DNA of 64,000 nucleotides from Escherichia coli (GTDB lineage Bacteria; Pseudomonadota; Gammaproteobacteria; Enterobacterales; Enterobacteriaceae): NCBI RefSeq assembly GCF_013315695.1, contig NZ_CP054353.1; one strand, 5' to 3'. Shown piece by piece: positions 1 to 10,296 of this stretch (position 1 is its first letter; each line of letters starts with the position of its first letter). The notes under the pieces were generated by a model. It saw only the letters and a program-made list of their open reading frames with translations, ran no database searches and was not told where the DNA came from. The position numbers and the translations under genes were made by a program.

Positions 1-1369
1 CGTCCAGTTTTCCTTTGCCGTATGCGCTGTCATGATCCAGGTTGACGTGCGAGTGGGTCACATCGAACGCCAGCGCGCCAAACTGTGCGAGGTCGCGCCC
101 CACCCCCATCGCCGCCGACTGGTAGTGTTCATCTGCCAGCGCGCCACCGTAGAGCGACCAGCCATCTGCCACCCCCCATGACGCTTCTCCACCGGAGAAA
201 AAGCCGCCTTCGGTCCTGTGGTTCCAGTCTTCCGGACGCCCCATCATCACTTTGTAACGCACCTGCCCCTGGCGCGTGAGGAATGGCATAGATGCGGTGG
301 TAACGTCATATTCCTGCACCTGACCATTCTGTTCTTCAACGCGGACGTGCAGTGTGCCGGAGACGGAGTCGCCGATATCCTGAATGCGGAATGGCCCGGC
401 GGGAACCTGGGTTTCGTAAAGTACCCGACCCATCTGGCTAATGGTGACTTTTGCACTGCTGTGCGCCACGCCGGAGACATCCGGCGCATAGCCGCGCAGG
501 TTGGGCGGCAGCATCTGGTCATCGGTGCTGACGCTGCTGCCAATATAGTTAAAGCCGTCGAAAATATCGGAGTTGAGATAATCTTCACCCAGCGACAGCT
601 TGGCTTTTAAAGAGGGTAAGGCCCGCCAGGCGTAATAACGGCTCCAGTCCCAGTTTTTGCTCGTTGTACTGTTACTGCTGTCATCGTCTTCGTCGTCGTT
701 GCTGCGGGTGTGCTGATAATCACTTTGCCAGTCTGCGCGGAAACGCCATGCCCCCAGGTTCGCCCCAACGGTACCGTTGCCGCTGATATCATGTGAGTCC
801 TCGCCACCCTGCTCCTGATGACGAGTTTGCGCATTGAGGCTGTAGTCGGCAATCAGGCCAGGAATACCGTCGTCCCAGCGTGAGGGTGGGTCCCAGTCGC
901 TGCTGGTATATTCGAGGTAAGCCTGTGGCACTGTCAGCAGCAACGCCGACTGGCTTAAATCATTCTCGACTTCCATCCCATCTAATTGCCCCGGTTTAAG
1001 GCATTCATCGTTGTGCGTCCACTGCAGGCTTTTTGCTATCCCTTCTTTCAGCCCCAGCGCCGCCACTAACTCAGGTGTCAGGCAGGCATACGTTTTTGTT
1101 GGATCATTTTCAGAGACGTACCAGTTAATGTCGTATTCATCAGAAAGGGGGTGTTTATTTATAAATACACGTAAATTATATTTACCCGCGTCGACATACC
1201 CTTTTTTTGAAAACTTACCGAGATCAATTTTCGTGTCACCCTTTAACTCAAGAAAACGGGGGTCAAATTGAATGGAATCATCAGCCCATGCATTGACTGA
1301 TCCACCAGAGATTGCCAGCGCAATATAGCAGGCGATTCCCCGCAGCCGAAAATTTGAGTGATTAAGCAT
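1..1369 (-). CDS. yfcU: Fimbrial outer-membrane usher protein, N-terminal ~456 codons; the gene runs off the window start
   Basis: Manual minus-strand translation from ATG at 1369..1367 gives MLNHSNFRLRG... and I saw no stop through to position 1; the last codons (…THSHVNLDHDSAYGKGKLD) were checked base by base and are in the same frame as the start. Sequence has usher-like motifs and sits just downstream of fimbrial subunit yfcV. Not in the ORF track because it is truncated by the window edge. Confidence 0.55.
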   Translation of the reverse strand, partial: MLNHSNFRLRGIACYIALAISGGSVNAWADDSIQFDPRFLELKGDTKIDLGKFSKKGYVDAGKYNLRVFINKHPLSDEYDINWYVSENDPTKTYACLTPELVAALGLKEGIAKSLQWTHNDECLKPGQLDGMEVENDLSQSALLLTVPQAYLEYTSSDWDPPSRWDDGIPGLIADYSLNAQTRHQEQGGEDSHDISGNGTVGANLGAWRFRADWQSDYQHTRSNDDEDDDSSNSTTSKNWDWSRYYAWRALPSLKAKLSLGEDYLNSDIFDGFNYIGSSVSTDDQMLPPNLRGYAPDVSGVAHSSAKVTISQMGRVLYETQVPAGPFRIQDIGDSVSGTLHVRVEEQNGQVQEYDVTTASMPFLTRQGQVRYKVMMGRPEDWNHRTEGGFFSGGEASWGVADGWSLYGGALADEHYQSAAMGVGRDLAQFGALAFDVTHSHVNLDHDSAYGKGKLD

Positions 1370-1449
1370 ACACATATCCGTTTGTGAAACAGTCGTAAAT
1401 CCGTTGCGCGTTGAAAAACCCCACAGCAGAACGCTGTGGGGTTGTCACA

Positions 1450-2016
1450 TCAGAGATAGGTAATCTGGAATGTGGTCAGGGTTTCGAACTGGCCGAGATC
1501 CGGCGCTTCGGTTTCACCCACCAGCCAGGCTTTAAAGTTCAGCGTTTGCTTGTCTTTACCTTTGCTGGTTGAAGCATCCATCACGATTGGCTGAACAATC
1601 TTTTCGCCCACTTTATAACCTTTGCCATGGGTATCGCCGATCACCAGGCTCACATTCTTCATGGCAACACCGCTGTCAACGTTGAATAACGCATAGTTAT
1701 CTGTGTTGGCTGGCCCCGCGTAGTTAGTACCGGTGAACGTGGTCTCCATGTTTGTTTCAGTGGAAAACACGCAGTCCTGTAAACGGATCTGGAAATCTTT
1801 CGGTGTGGTGGTGCCACCGCCGGTCAGTTTAGCCGCACCGATGTCACCCATATCGACTTCCAGTTTGTGATCGTCTGGAACGATAGAGCACGGGGAGTCT
1901 TCAATGGTGCCGTAGAAGCGCGCGGTACCGTTGTTGCCTGCTGCAAATGCAGAACTGGAAACAACTGCGCCCATGACCATCGCCGCAGCAATGGCTGTTT
2001 TGGCAAACTTACTCAT
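1450..2016 (-). CDS. yfcV: Fimbrial major subunit-like protein (Yfc fimbriae)
   Basis: 188-aa ORF with signal peptide (MSKFAKTAIAAAMVMGAVVSSSAFA) and fimbrial-subunit character; position upstream of usher and next to sixA matches the K-12 yfc locus. Confidence 0.8.
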   Translation of the reverse strand: MSKFAKTAIAAAMVMGAVVSSSAFAAGNNGTARFYGTIEDSPCSIVPDDHKLEVDMGDIGAAKLTGGGTTTPKDFQIRLQDCVFSTETNMETTFTGTNYAGPANTDNYALFNVDSGVAMKNVSLVIGDTHGKGYKVGEKIVQPIVMDASTSKGKDKQTLNFKAWLVGETEAPDLGQFETLTTFQITYL

Positions 2017-2583
2017 TATTTGTCCTTAAATCATTAAGAGTTATAATATAAACACCTGACATAAAATTAATATATATTATGCCCGATATTTATAGTTAGC
2101 CATTGAACATATACACTCCAATATAATCATAGAATGTAAACAAGTATTCTCTGGTGTGTCTGTATGTTGGTCTTATCTATAAAAAAACTCAATTTAGTAA
2201 TACTTAAACACTTTATGTAGATTTTATTAATTAATACATCTACAAAATACTTTCACCACTTTCCAACAAAAAAACATGCGAATTATCAACAAAAAAACAA
2301 ACTATTATAATCAACAAAAATGAATTGCTTATAAAGCACACTAAAAAAAATTATAATAACCTTACCATCATTTATTGCTAAAATTTAATATTAATTAAAT
2401 CAATAAATATATATTCAAGATACAAAACCATTATCTTCTTTATTTTATTACGGGATTCAATAATGGGAAAATATAATAACTATCGAGAGTTGTTAAATAT
2501 TAACAACATTTAGACAAGAAAAAGAATGATTGTATGACGGAGAAACTGCCCGGTGTACGCGCACGTAACCGGGCATTGATTGC
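2017..2583. promoter_or_regulatory. Very AT-rich ~570-bp intergenic region upstream of the yfc fimbrial operon; presumed promoter/silencing region
   Basis: Base composition is visibly AT-dominated with A/T tracts and short direct repeats (tatcaacaaaaa / aatcaacaaaaa); no ORF of 60 aa or more. H-NS involvement is inference only. Confidence 0.35.
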
Positions 2584-3069
2584 TTAAATTGCTTTTGCCA
2601 TCTTCAAATTACAAGGGCTCATTTGCCAGTTGAATTGGCCTTTTCCGCTTTCATCAAGCGTTACGCTGGCAATCGCTGACGTGGTAAACATAGGCGGCGT
2701 TTCGCCCGGACATAACTCGGCAACCAGATACCCGACTAAGGGTAAGTGGGAGATCACCAGTACCGAAGCAACACCTTCATTGGTCAACGCCTGCAAATAG
2801 GCACTGACCAGACCAACATCGCCGCAGGGTGTTAACTCCGGCAGAACTTCTGCACTGGAAGGCAGGTTCAGACAATCCCCTACTTCTTCCAGTGTTTGCT
2901 CGGCTCGCAGGAACGGGCTCACCAGAACGCGTTCGATTTCCACTTTTTGACCTTTCAGCCAGTTCGCCATCAGGCGAGATTCGTCACAACCGTTAGTAGT
3001 CAGAGGACGAACCGAATCACTGGCGGCATCGAGGGCTGCGTCGCCGTGACGCATGATAAAAACTTGCAT
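2584..3069 (-). CDS. sixA: Phosphohistidine phosphatase SixA
   Basis: 161-aa ORF starting MQVFIMRHGDA with the RHG histidine-phosphatase motif; length and synteny with fadJ match SixA. Confidence 0.9.
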   Translation of the reverse strand: MQVFIMRHGDAALDAASDSVRPLTTNGCDESRLMANWLKGQKVEIERVLVSPFLRAEQTLEEVGDCLNLPSSAEVLPELTPCGDVGLVSAYLQALTNEGVASVLVISHLPLVGYLVAELCPGETPPMFTTSAIASVTLDESGKGQFNWQMSPCNLKMAKAI

Positions 3070-3271
3070 ATTGCACCGCTTTTGTTAACCAGATTCGCCC
3101 GTTTTCTTTCATCTGAAACCAGAGAAAGAAAACGGTGGCCGGCATTGTGCCTTATCCATTCACCAAATGAAACGCTGTTTTTTACCTCAATGGCGTAAGT
3201 ATAGTCAATATGCGTTTACATTTTGAGCAACACTCCGCCATTCAGCGCGGATTCATATAGCTTTGACCTTC

Positions 3272-5416
3272 TTATTGCAGGTCAGTTGCAGTTGTTTTCC
3301 AAAAACTTTCCCCACGCTTGCTCATCTCGACTAAACGCTCGCAAGGGGTAAAACGGGAACCATACTGCGTGGCCAGTCGTTGCATTATTGCAACCACTTC
3401 GCCTGCGCCGAGAGAATCGATATAGCGGAACGGTCCACCGAGAAATGGCGGAAAACCAATGCCAAATACCGCGCCTATATCCCCGTCACGCACGCTACGG
3501 ATAACCTGCTCGTCCAGACAACGTACTGCTTCATTCAGCATCAACATCACACACCGTTCAGCAACCTGCGGTGCGGAGAGTCGCCCCTGCCCTTGTGCGC
3601 CAATGAGCGGGTAAATGGCGGGATCGACCTGTTTTTTGCTTTTACGCCCTTTCTGACCATAAAGATAGAAACCCCGGCCATTTTTTCTGCCTTTGCGATC
3701 GTCGTTCAAAATTGAAGAAACAACATTTGCAGGCGCGCTAAAACGTTCTCCATAAGCGGCTTCCAGTACAGGAATAATTTTAGTCCCGGTGTCGATTCCT
3801 ACCTCATCCAAAAGTTGAATTGGGCCTACCGGAAAACCAAATTTCACCAGCGCGGCATCAATGTGCTCAATACGCTCGCCTTCGGTCAACATGCGGATAG
3901 CTTCATTAATGTAAGGCGCTAAAATGCGATTGACGTAAAACCCGGCTTTGTCACGCACGACAATTGGCATTTTACCCTGTTTTTTCGCCAGTTTTACTGT
4001 GGTAGCGATGGTTTGCGCCGATGTACTCGCATGAGGAATAATCTCCACCAGCGGCATTTTTTCCACCGGACTGAAGAAATGCAGGCCAATAACTTGCTCA
4101 GGTCGCGTAGCGTGAGCGGCGATATCACCAATCGGTAAAGATGACGTATTCGAAGCAAAGATGGTATGAGTAGCGCAATTTTGCTCAACTTCCGCCACCA
4201 TTTGTTGTTTTAATTCGAGATTTTCAAACACCGCTTCAATAATTAAGTCACGATGGGCAAAGCCGCGATAATCCGTTGTTCCCGAAATTAATGCCAGCTG
4301 TTTGTCACGTTCGCTGGCTTTGAGATGTCGGCGGCGCACTTTGCCCTCCAACTGATCCCAGCTGTACTTCAATGCATGATTTATGCCCTGCGGGTTGATA
4401 TCTTTAATTATGACCGGCAAGCCCGCTTTACAAGCAGTAACATAAGCAATACCGCCCCCCATCAAGCCACCACCGAGAATCCCCACGCTGTTTAATGGCG
4501 CAGGCGGCGCATCACTGCCGGGATCTTTCTTCACTTCCGTACTGGCAAAAAAGATATTGCGCAGCGCCTGCGATTGCGGCGTCATCGCCAGTTCGCCAAA
4601 CGCCCGTGCTTCAGCGTCATAGCCGCTACTGGTGCCCTGCGCTAATCCCGTTTCGACAACCTCCAGGATGCGTTCTGTCGCCGGATAGTTACCTTGCGTT
4701 TTGTGTTCTGTTTTCTTACCGACCATTTTGAACAGCAGCGCACGACCTAACGGCCCCGCCAGAATACGCTCGCGTACAGGTAGAGGGCGTGAAGATGGGC
4801 GATCCTGCTTTGCCAGCTCAACAGCGGCTTCCAGTAAAATGGATTGCGGAACGACATCATCCACCAGCCCCAGCTTTAATGCCTGTTTCGCCCGAAGTTG
4901 TTTTCCAGTGAGGATCATCTCCAATGCTGTGCTGACACCTATCAGGCGCGGTAAACGCTGGGTGCCGCCTGAACCGGGTAACAATCCAAGTTGTACTTCA
5001 GGCAAACCGAGCACCGTTTTAGCATCATCAGTACACACGCGACCGTGGCACGCCAGCGCCAACTCCAGCCCGCCGCCCAGGCAAGCGCCATGAATAGCCG
5101 CGATAACCGGAATGGGCAAAGCATGAATCTCCGCCATTAACTGTTGCCCCTGCCGCGCCAGTACTTCCGCTTCTTGCGCCGTTTTGCAGTTGCCGATCAT
5201 GTTGATGTCTGCGCCAGCAATGAAGTTGTCTGGTTTCGCGGAGACAAACACCACGCCACGCAACTCTTTGTTTTCACGGAGTTGCTTAATAATGGCGCGC
5301 ACCTGCGAGGCAAACTCCGCCTTCAGGGTATTCATTTTCTCACCCGGTACGTCGATGGTGATGATAGCAATGTTGTCCAGACGAACATTAAGAGTAAACG
5401 CTGATGCCATTTCCAT
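3272..5416 (-). CDS. fadJ: Fatty acid oxidation complex alpha subunit (enoyl-CoA hydratase / 3-hydroxyacyl-CoA dehydrogenase), anaerobic paralog
   Basis: 714-aa ORF with crotonase-like N-terminus and NAD-binding GxGxxG ([13 protein letters not shown]); stop/start overlap with upstream fadI; K-12 synteny. Confidence 0.93.
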   Translation of the reverse strand: MEMASAFTLNVRLDNIAIITIDVPGEKMNTLKAEFASQVRAIIKQLRENKELRGVVFVSAKPDNFIAGADINMIGNCKTAQEAEVLARQGQQLMAEIHALPIPVIAAIHGACLGGGLELALACHGRVCTDDAKTVLGLPEVQLGLLPGSGGTQRLPRLIGVSTALEMILTGKQLRAKQALKLGLVDDVVPQSILLEAAVELAKQDRPSSRPLPVRERILAGPLGRALLFKMVGKKTEHKTQGNYPATERILEVVETGLAQGTSSGYDAEARAFGELAMTPQSQALRNIFFASTEVKKDPGSDAPPAPLNSVGILGGGLMGGGIAYVTACKAGLPVIIKDINPQGINHALKYSWDQLEGKVRRRHLKASERDKQLALISGTTDYRGFAHRDLIIEAVFENLELKQQMVAEVEQNCATHTIFASNTSSLPIGDIAAHATRPEQVIGLHFFSPVEKMPLVEIIPHASTSAQTIATTVKLAKKQGKMPIVVRDKAGFYVNRILAPYINEAIRMLTEGERIEHIDAALVKFGFPVGPIQLLDEVGIDTGTKIIPVLEAAYGERFSAPANVVSSILNDDRKGRKNGRGFYLYGQKGRKSKKQVDPAIYPLIGAQGQGRLSAPQVAERCVMLMLNEAVRCLDEQVIRSVRDGDIGAVFGIGFPPFLGGPFRYIDSLGAGEVVAIMQRLATQYGSRFTPCERLVEMSKRGESFWKTTATDLQ

Positions 5417-6726
5417 TATTCCGCCTCCACAACCATTGCTGCGCCAAGTCCACCCGCAGCACAGGCGGTCACTAAACCAAATCCACCGCCGCGACGGCGA
5501 AGTTCATGCAATGTCTGGGTAATCATCCGCGCGCCGGTCGCTGCGAAGGGATGCCCGTAAGCAATCGAACCGCCAAGCACGTTAAATTTGCTCTCGTCCA
5601 CTTCGCCAGTGGCATGTGCACGCCCCAGTACGTCGCGAGCAAAACGTTCGCTGCCAAGCAACTGAATATTGGCCAGCGTCTGGGCGGCAAAGGCTTCGTG
5701 CATATCGATCAATGTCAGATCGCTCATCGTCAATCCGGCCCGTTCCAGCGCCAACGGTGTTGACCAGGCCGGGCCGAGCAACATGTCCTGCCAGACATCT
5801 ATCGCAGTAAATGCGTAGCTGCGCAGATACCCCAGCGGTACCAGCCCTAATTCTTTCGCCCGGGATTCAGTCATCAGGATCACCGCTGCCGCGCCATCGG
5901 TCAGCGGCGTACTGTTCGCCGCCGTTACCGTCCCGTGTTTACGATCAAACGCCGGACGCAACTTTGCGTAATCAGCAAGCGAGGAATTACCGCGAATATT
6001 GTTGTCTTCGGCAAACGGTTGTTTATAAGGAGGGATAAAGGCAGTCATCACCTCTTCTTTGAGTTTACCTTCTGACCACGCCTGAGCGGCACGCTGATGC
6101 GAACGGTGCGCCAGTGCATCTTGCTGTTCGCGAGTAATACCGTAGGTTTTCGCCATTTGTTCAGCGGTGTCGCCCATCCGCAAGCCAGTAGAGTATTCCG
6201 CCACTGCCGGAGGCACCGGCATTAAGTCGCGCAAACGCAGGCGAGAGAAGAGTTTCAGGCGCTGGCTCATGGTTCGAGCTTTGTTGACATCCACCAGCAC
6301 GCGCGCCAGTTTTTTACTGACGCCAATTGGCAATACGGAAGAGGAATCGGCCCCACCGGCAATCCCCGCGCGAATAGTTCCCGCCATCAGGCTTTCTGCG
6401 ACGTTTGCAACCGCCTGGAAACTGGTAGCGCAAGCGCGGCTGACGCTGTAAGCATCGGTATGGACATTCATTCCGGTGCCAAGAACAATTTCACGCGCAA
6501 TATTGGGGGCTTCCGGCATCTGAACGACCTGACCAAAGACCAGTTGTTCAATCACTTCGGCGGGAATTTCGCTGCGTGCTAGTAGTTCGCCTACGACCAT
6601 CTTCCCCAAATCAACAGCGGGAATGCCATGAAAAGCCGTCGCCTGGCGGGCAAAAGGCGTACGTAAACCGCTAACAATGGCGATACGATCGCCCAGGCGG
6701 GTAACCAGCGGTAAAACCTGACCCAT
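5416..6726 (-). CDS. fadI: 3-ketoacyl-CoA thiolase, anaerobic fatty acid oxidation
   Basis: 436-aa thiolase-family ORF; overlaps the fadJ start at 5416; preceded by a FadR-like box. Confidence 0.93.
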   Translation of the reverse strand: MGQVLPLVTRLGDRIAIVSGLRTPFARQATAFHGIPAVDLGKMVVGELLARSEIPAEVIEQLVFGQVVQMPEAPNIAREIVLGTGMNVHTDAYSVSRACATSFQAVANVAESLMAGTIRAGIAGGADSSSVLPIGVSKKLARVLVDVNKARTMSQRLKLFSRLRLRDLMPVPPAVAEYSTGLRMGDTAEQMAKTYGITREQQDALAHRSHQRAAQAWSEGKLKEEVMTAFIPPYKQPFAEDNNIRGNSSLADYAKLRPAFDRKHGTVTAANSTPLTDGAAAVILMTESRAKELGLVPLGYLRSYAFTAIDVWQDMLLGPAWSTPLALERAGLTMSDLTLIDMHEAFAAQTLANIQLLGSERFARDVLGRAHATGEVDESKFNVLGGSIAYGHPFAATGARMITQTLHELRRRGGGFGLVTACAAGGLGAAMVVEAE

Positions 6727-6752
6727 AACACTCCCCTGTAAAATAATAAATA

Positions 6753-6770
6753 AAGTGGTCTGACCTGATC
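6753..6770. promoter_or_regulatory. Putative FadR operator upstream of fadI
   Basis: AAGTGGTCTGACCTGATC resembles the FadR consensus (TGGTCNGACC core) and lies about 30 bp upstream of the fadI start on the minus strand. Confidence 0.5.
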
Positions 6771-6906
6771 ATAGTCTTAACCATTTTTTTACATTTAGCC
6801 AAGTGGAGAAAAGGGAAAGTGGGAGCTATGACACAGAGAGAAAAGTAGAAGAGAAAATAAAACGCCCCCGCCAGGAACTGACAGGGGCGTATATACCCGA
6901 GAGGAA

Positions 6907-7191
6907 TTAACGCAGACCCAGCTGGAAGATCAACATTTCAGCTTCGCAGGCAAAAGTGAAATCGATATCCAGGCGTACACCGTCAGACTCTTCAGTGAAA
7001 GTCGGGGTGATTTTGCACGGTTCGGATTCCACGCTACGGGCTTTTTCAGTCAGCGCCGCCAGCGTTTGTTCTGCTTCTGCGCGGTTTGCAAACACGCGGC
7101 TGTAAGACGCGGTGCAGTCGGAGTTGTCCATAATGGTGCCAACATCCATACAGCAGCAAACCGGGGTTTCATCAGCACTACATTTACTCAT
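6907..7191 (-). CDS. yfcZ: Small conserved protein YfcZ (DUF406 family)
   Basis: ORF containing MSKCSADETPVCCCMDVGTIMDNSDCTASY...; the 94-aa form from the internal Met matches K-12 YfcZ length. Confidence 0.8.
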   Translation of the reverse strand: MSKCSADETPVCCCMDVGTIMDNSDCTASYSRVFANRAEAEQTLAALTEKARSVESEPCKITPTFTEESDGVRLDIDFTFACEAEMLIFQLGLR

Positions 7192-7436
7192 CGTTGATTT
7201 CCTCTGTATGTGCACCCAAGGTGCCAGATAAACGTTGTGGATATTTTACGCTTCCGGAAAGAGCTGCTCCAGTTGTTAATTCTGCAAAATCGGATAAGTG
7301 ACCGAAATCACACTTAAAAATGATCTAAAACAAAATTCACCCGAATCCATGAGTGCGCCACCTCCAAATTTTGCCAGCTGGATCGCGTTTTTTAGATCAT
7401 ATTTGAAAAAAGATAGAAACATACTTGCAACATTCC

Positions 7437-7454
7437 AGCTGGTCCGACCTATAC
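7437..7454. promoter_or_regulatory. FadR operator in the fadL promoter
   Basis: AGCTGGTCCGACCTATAC matches the FadR box consensus and lies about 110 bp upstream of the fadL start. Confidence 0.6.
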
Positions 7455-7562
7455 TCTCGCCACTGGTCTGATTTCTAAGATGTACCTCAGACCCTACACT
7501 TCGCGCTCCTGTTACAGCACGTAACATAGTTTGTATAAAAATAAATCATTGAGGTTATGGTC

Positions 7563-8903
7563 ATGAGCCAGAAAACCCTGTTTACAAAGTCTGCTCTCGC
7601 AGTCGCAGTGGCACTTATCTCCACCCAGGCCTGGTCGGCAGGCTTTCAGTTAAACGAATTTTCTTCCTCTGGCCTGGGCCGGGCTTATTCAGGGGAAGGC
7701 GCAATTGCCGATGATGCAGGTAACGTTAGCCGTAACCCCGCATTGATTACCATGTTTGACCGCCCGACATTTTCTGCGGGTGCGGTTTATATTGATCCGG
7801 ATGTAAATATCAGCGGAACGTCTCCATCTGGCCGTAGCCTGAAAGCCGATAACATCGCGCCTACGGCATGGGTTCCGAACATGCACTTTGTTGCACCGAT
7901 TAACGACCAATTTGGTTGGGGCGCTTCTATTACCTCTAACTATGGCCTGGCAACAGAGTTTAACGATACTTATGCAGGCGGCTCTGTCGGGGGTACAACC
8001 GACCTTGAAACCATGAACCTGAACTTAAGCGGTGCGTATCGCTTAAATAATGCATGGAGCTTTGGTCTTGGTTTCAACGCCGTCTACGCTCGCGCGAAGA
8101 TTGAACGTTTCGCAGGCGATCTGGGGCAGCTGGTTGCCGGTCAGATCATGCAATCTCCTGCCAGGCAGACTCCTCAGGGGCAAGCATTAGCAGCTACCGC
8201 CAACGGTATCGACAGTAATACCAAAATCGCTCATCTGAACGGTAACCAGTGGGGTTTTGGCTGGAACGCCGGAATCCTGTATGAACTGGATAAAAATAAC
8301 CGCTATGCACTGACCTACCGTTCTGAAGTGAAAATTGACTTCAAAGGTAACTACAGCAGCGATCTTAACCCGGCTTTTAATAACTACGGTTTGCCAATTC
8401 CTACCGCGACAGGTGGCGCAACGCAGTCGGGTTATCTGACGCTGAACCTGCCTGAAATGTGGGAAGTGTCGGGTTATAACCGTGTTGATCCGCAGTGGGC
8501 AATTCACTATAGCCTGGCTTACACCAGCTGGAGTCAGTTCCAGCAACTGAAAGCGACCTCAACGAGTGGCGACACGCTGTTCCAGAAACATGAAGGCTTT
8601 AAAGATGCTTACCGCATCGCGTTGGGAACCACTTATTACTACGATGATAACTGGACCTTCCGTACCGGTATCGCCTTTGATGACAGCCCAGTTCCGGCAC
8701 AGAATCGTTCTATCTCCATTCCGGACCAGGACCGTTTCTGGCTGAGTGCAGGTACGACTTACGCATTTAATAAAGATGCTTCAGTCGATGTTGGTGTTTC
8801 TTATATGCACGGTCAGAGCGTGAAAATTAACGAAGGCCCATACCAGTTCGAGTCTGAAGGTAAAGCCTGGCTGTTCGGTACGAACTTTAACTACGCGTTC
8901 TGA
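7563..8903 (+). CDS. fadL: Long-chain fatty acid outer-membrane transporter FadL
   Basis: 446 aa from [33 protein letters not shown] (signal peptide plus the FadL N-terminal hatch); ends in the beta-barrel C-terminal ...NFNYAF. Confidence 0.93.
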   Translation: MSQKTLFTKSALAVAVALISTQAWSAGFQLNEFSSSGLGRAYSGEGAIADDAGNVSRNPALITMFDRPTFSAGAVYIDPDVNISGTSPSGRSLKADNIAPTAWVPNMHFVAPINDQFGWGASITSNYGLATEFNDTYAGGSVGGTTDLETMNLNLSGAYRLNNAWSFGLGFNAVYARAKIERFAGDLGQLVAGQIMQSPARQTPQGQALAATANGIDSNTKIAHLNGNQWGFGWNAGILYELDKNNRYALTYRSEVKIDFKGNYSSDLNPAFNNYGLPIPTATGGATQSGYLTLNLPEMWEVSGYNRVDPQWAIHYSLAYTSWSQFQQLKATSTSGDTLFQKHEGFKDAYRIALGTTYYYDDNWTFRTGIAFDDSPVPAQNRSISIPDQDRFWLSAGTTYAFNKDASVDVGVSYMHGQSVKINEGPYQFESEGKAWLFGTNFNYAF

Positions 8904-8921
8904 TAACGCGTTCGCCTGGAT

Positions 8922-8948
8922 AAAGTCACCTGCTATGCAGGTGACTTT
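8922..8948. terminator. Perfect 11-bp-stem hairpin just downstream of the fadL stop
   Basis: aaagtcacctg-ctatg-caggtgacttt; no clear U-tract follows, so it may be a terminator or RNA-stability hairpin rather than a classic intrinsic terminator. Confidence 0.4.
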
Positions 8949-9598
8949 AACTCCCACACTTCAACGAAAGTTGTTTCCTCATTGCTTGCCTCCTGAGTTT
9001 TGCAAACAGCCTGATGGTAGCTTGCCCTTTCAAATCATTAAGTGGTATCCACAGACAAACCTGAAGGGAAAGGCATATTTTCAGGCGTTCTGCTCGTCTT
9101 TCTCAAAGAGTTTACTTTTCTGAATTTCCAGGATACTCAAACCACCCTGGCTATTGTGCGCTCATACACTCAAATTAAAGATAGGGTCTAAATAAATGAG
9201 CGTTTTTTGATAGTCTATTTTATTAGGTAATATATATTTGTAACAAATCAATCAACATGGAATAAAATCATGCTACCATCTATTTCAATCAACAATACCA
9301 GCGCAGCTTACACAGAATCCATCAATGAAAATAACAATGATGAAGTTAATATATTAGTACAAGAGCTCAAAAACCTTTTTAATGGTAAGCAAGGAATAAG
9401 CACCTGTGTTAAACATCTACTTGCGCTTATAAAAAATGCCATACGAGGAAACGACAATCCTGATAGATTTAATATTAATAATTCCTCAGTTGCTTATATT
9501 GATATTGGCTCCAATGATACAGACCATATTACTATTGGTATCGGGTGATGCTGCCAACTTACTGATTTAGTGTATGATGGTGTTTTTGAGGTGCTCCA

Positions 9599-9874
9599 GT
9601 GGCTTCTGTTTCTATCAGCTGTCCCTCCTGTTCAGCTACTGACGGGGTGGTGCGTAACGGCAAAAGCACCGCCGGACATCAGCGCTATCTCTGCTCTCAC
9701 TGCCGTAAAACATGGCAACTGCAGTTCACTTACACCGCTTCTCAACCCGGTACGCACCAGAAAATCATTGATATGGCCATGAATGGCGTTGGATGCCGGG
9801 CAACAGCCCGCATTATGGGCGTTGGCCTCAACACGATTTTACGTCACTTAAAAAACTCAGGCCGCAGTCGGTAA
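9599..9874 (+). CDS. insA: IS1 InsA
   Basis: 91-aa [49 protein letters not shown]…, the canonical IS1 InsA zinc-finger protein. Confidence 0.95.
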
Positions 9875-10296
9875 CCTCGCGCATACAGCCGGGCAGTGAC
9901 GTCATCGTCTGCGCGGAAATGGACGAACAGTGGGGCTATGTCGGGGCTAAATCGCGCCAGCGCTGGCTGTTTTACGCGTATGACAGGCTCCGGAAGACGG
10001 TTGTTGCGCACGTATTCGGTGAACGCACTATGGCGACGCTGGGGCGTCTTATGAGCCTGCTGTCACCCTTTGACGTGGTGATATGGATGACGGATGGCTG
10101 GCCGCTGTATGAATCCCGCCTGAAGGGAAAGCTGCACGTAATCAGCAAGCGATATACGCAGCGAATTGAGCGGCATAACCTGAATCTGAGGCAGCACCTG
10201 GCACGGCTGGGACGGAAGTCGCTGTCGTTCTCAAAATCGGTGGAGCTGCATGACAAAGTCATCGGGCATTATCTGAACATAAAACACTATCAATAA
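9793..10296 (+). CDS. insB: IS1 InsB (expressed as InsAB' by -1 frameshift)
   Basis: 167-aa ORF overlapping the insA 3' end in the -1 frame (…[50 protein letters not shown]…), canonical IS1 arrangement. Confidence 0.9.

Noticed and set aside
85..1271. Plus-strand ORFs 85..279, 218..610 and 1011..1271, and minus-strand ORFs 247..588 and 607..852
   Set aside because: They overlap the usher reading frame, which translates into recognisable usher sequence; they are alternative-frame artefacts, the first being Pro/Arg-rich as expected for GC-rich antisense.
8935..9123. 62-aa ORF downstream of fadL
   Set aside because: Begins inside the fadL terminator hairpin, has no ribosome-binding site and no conserved features; judged non-coding.
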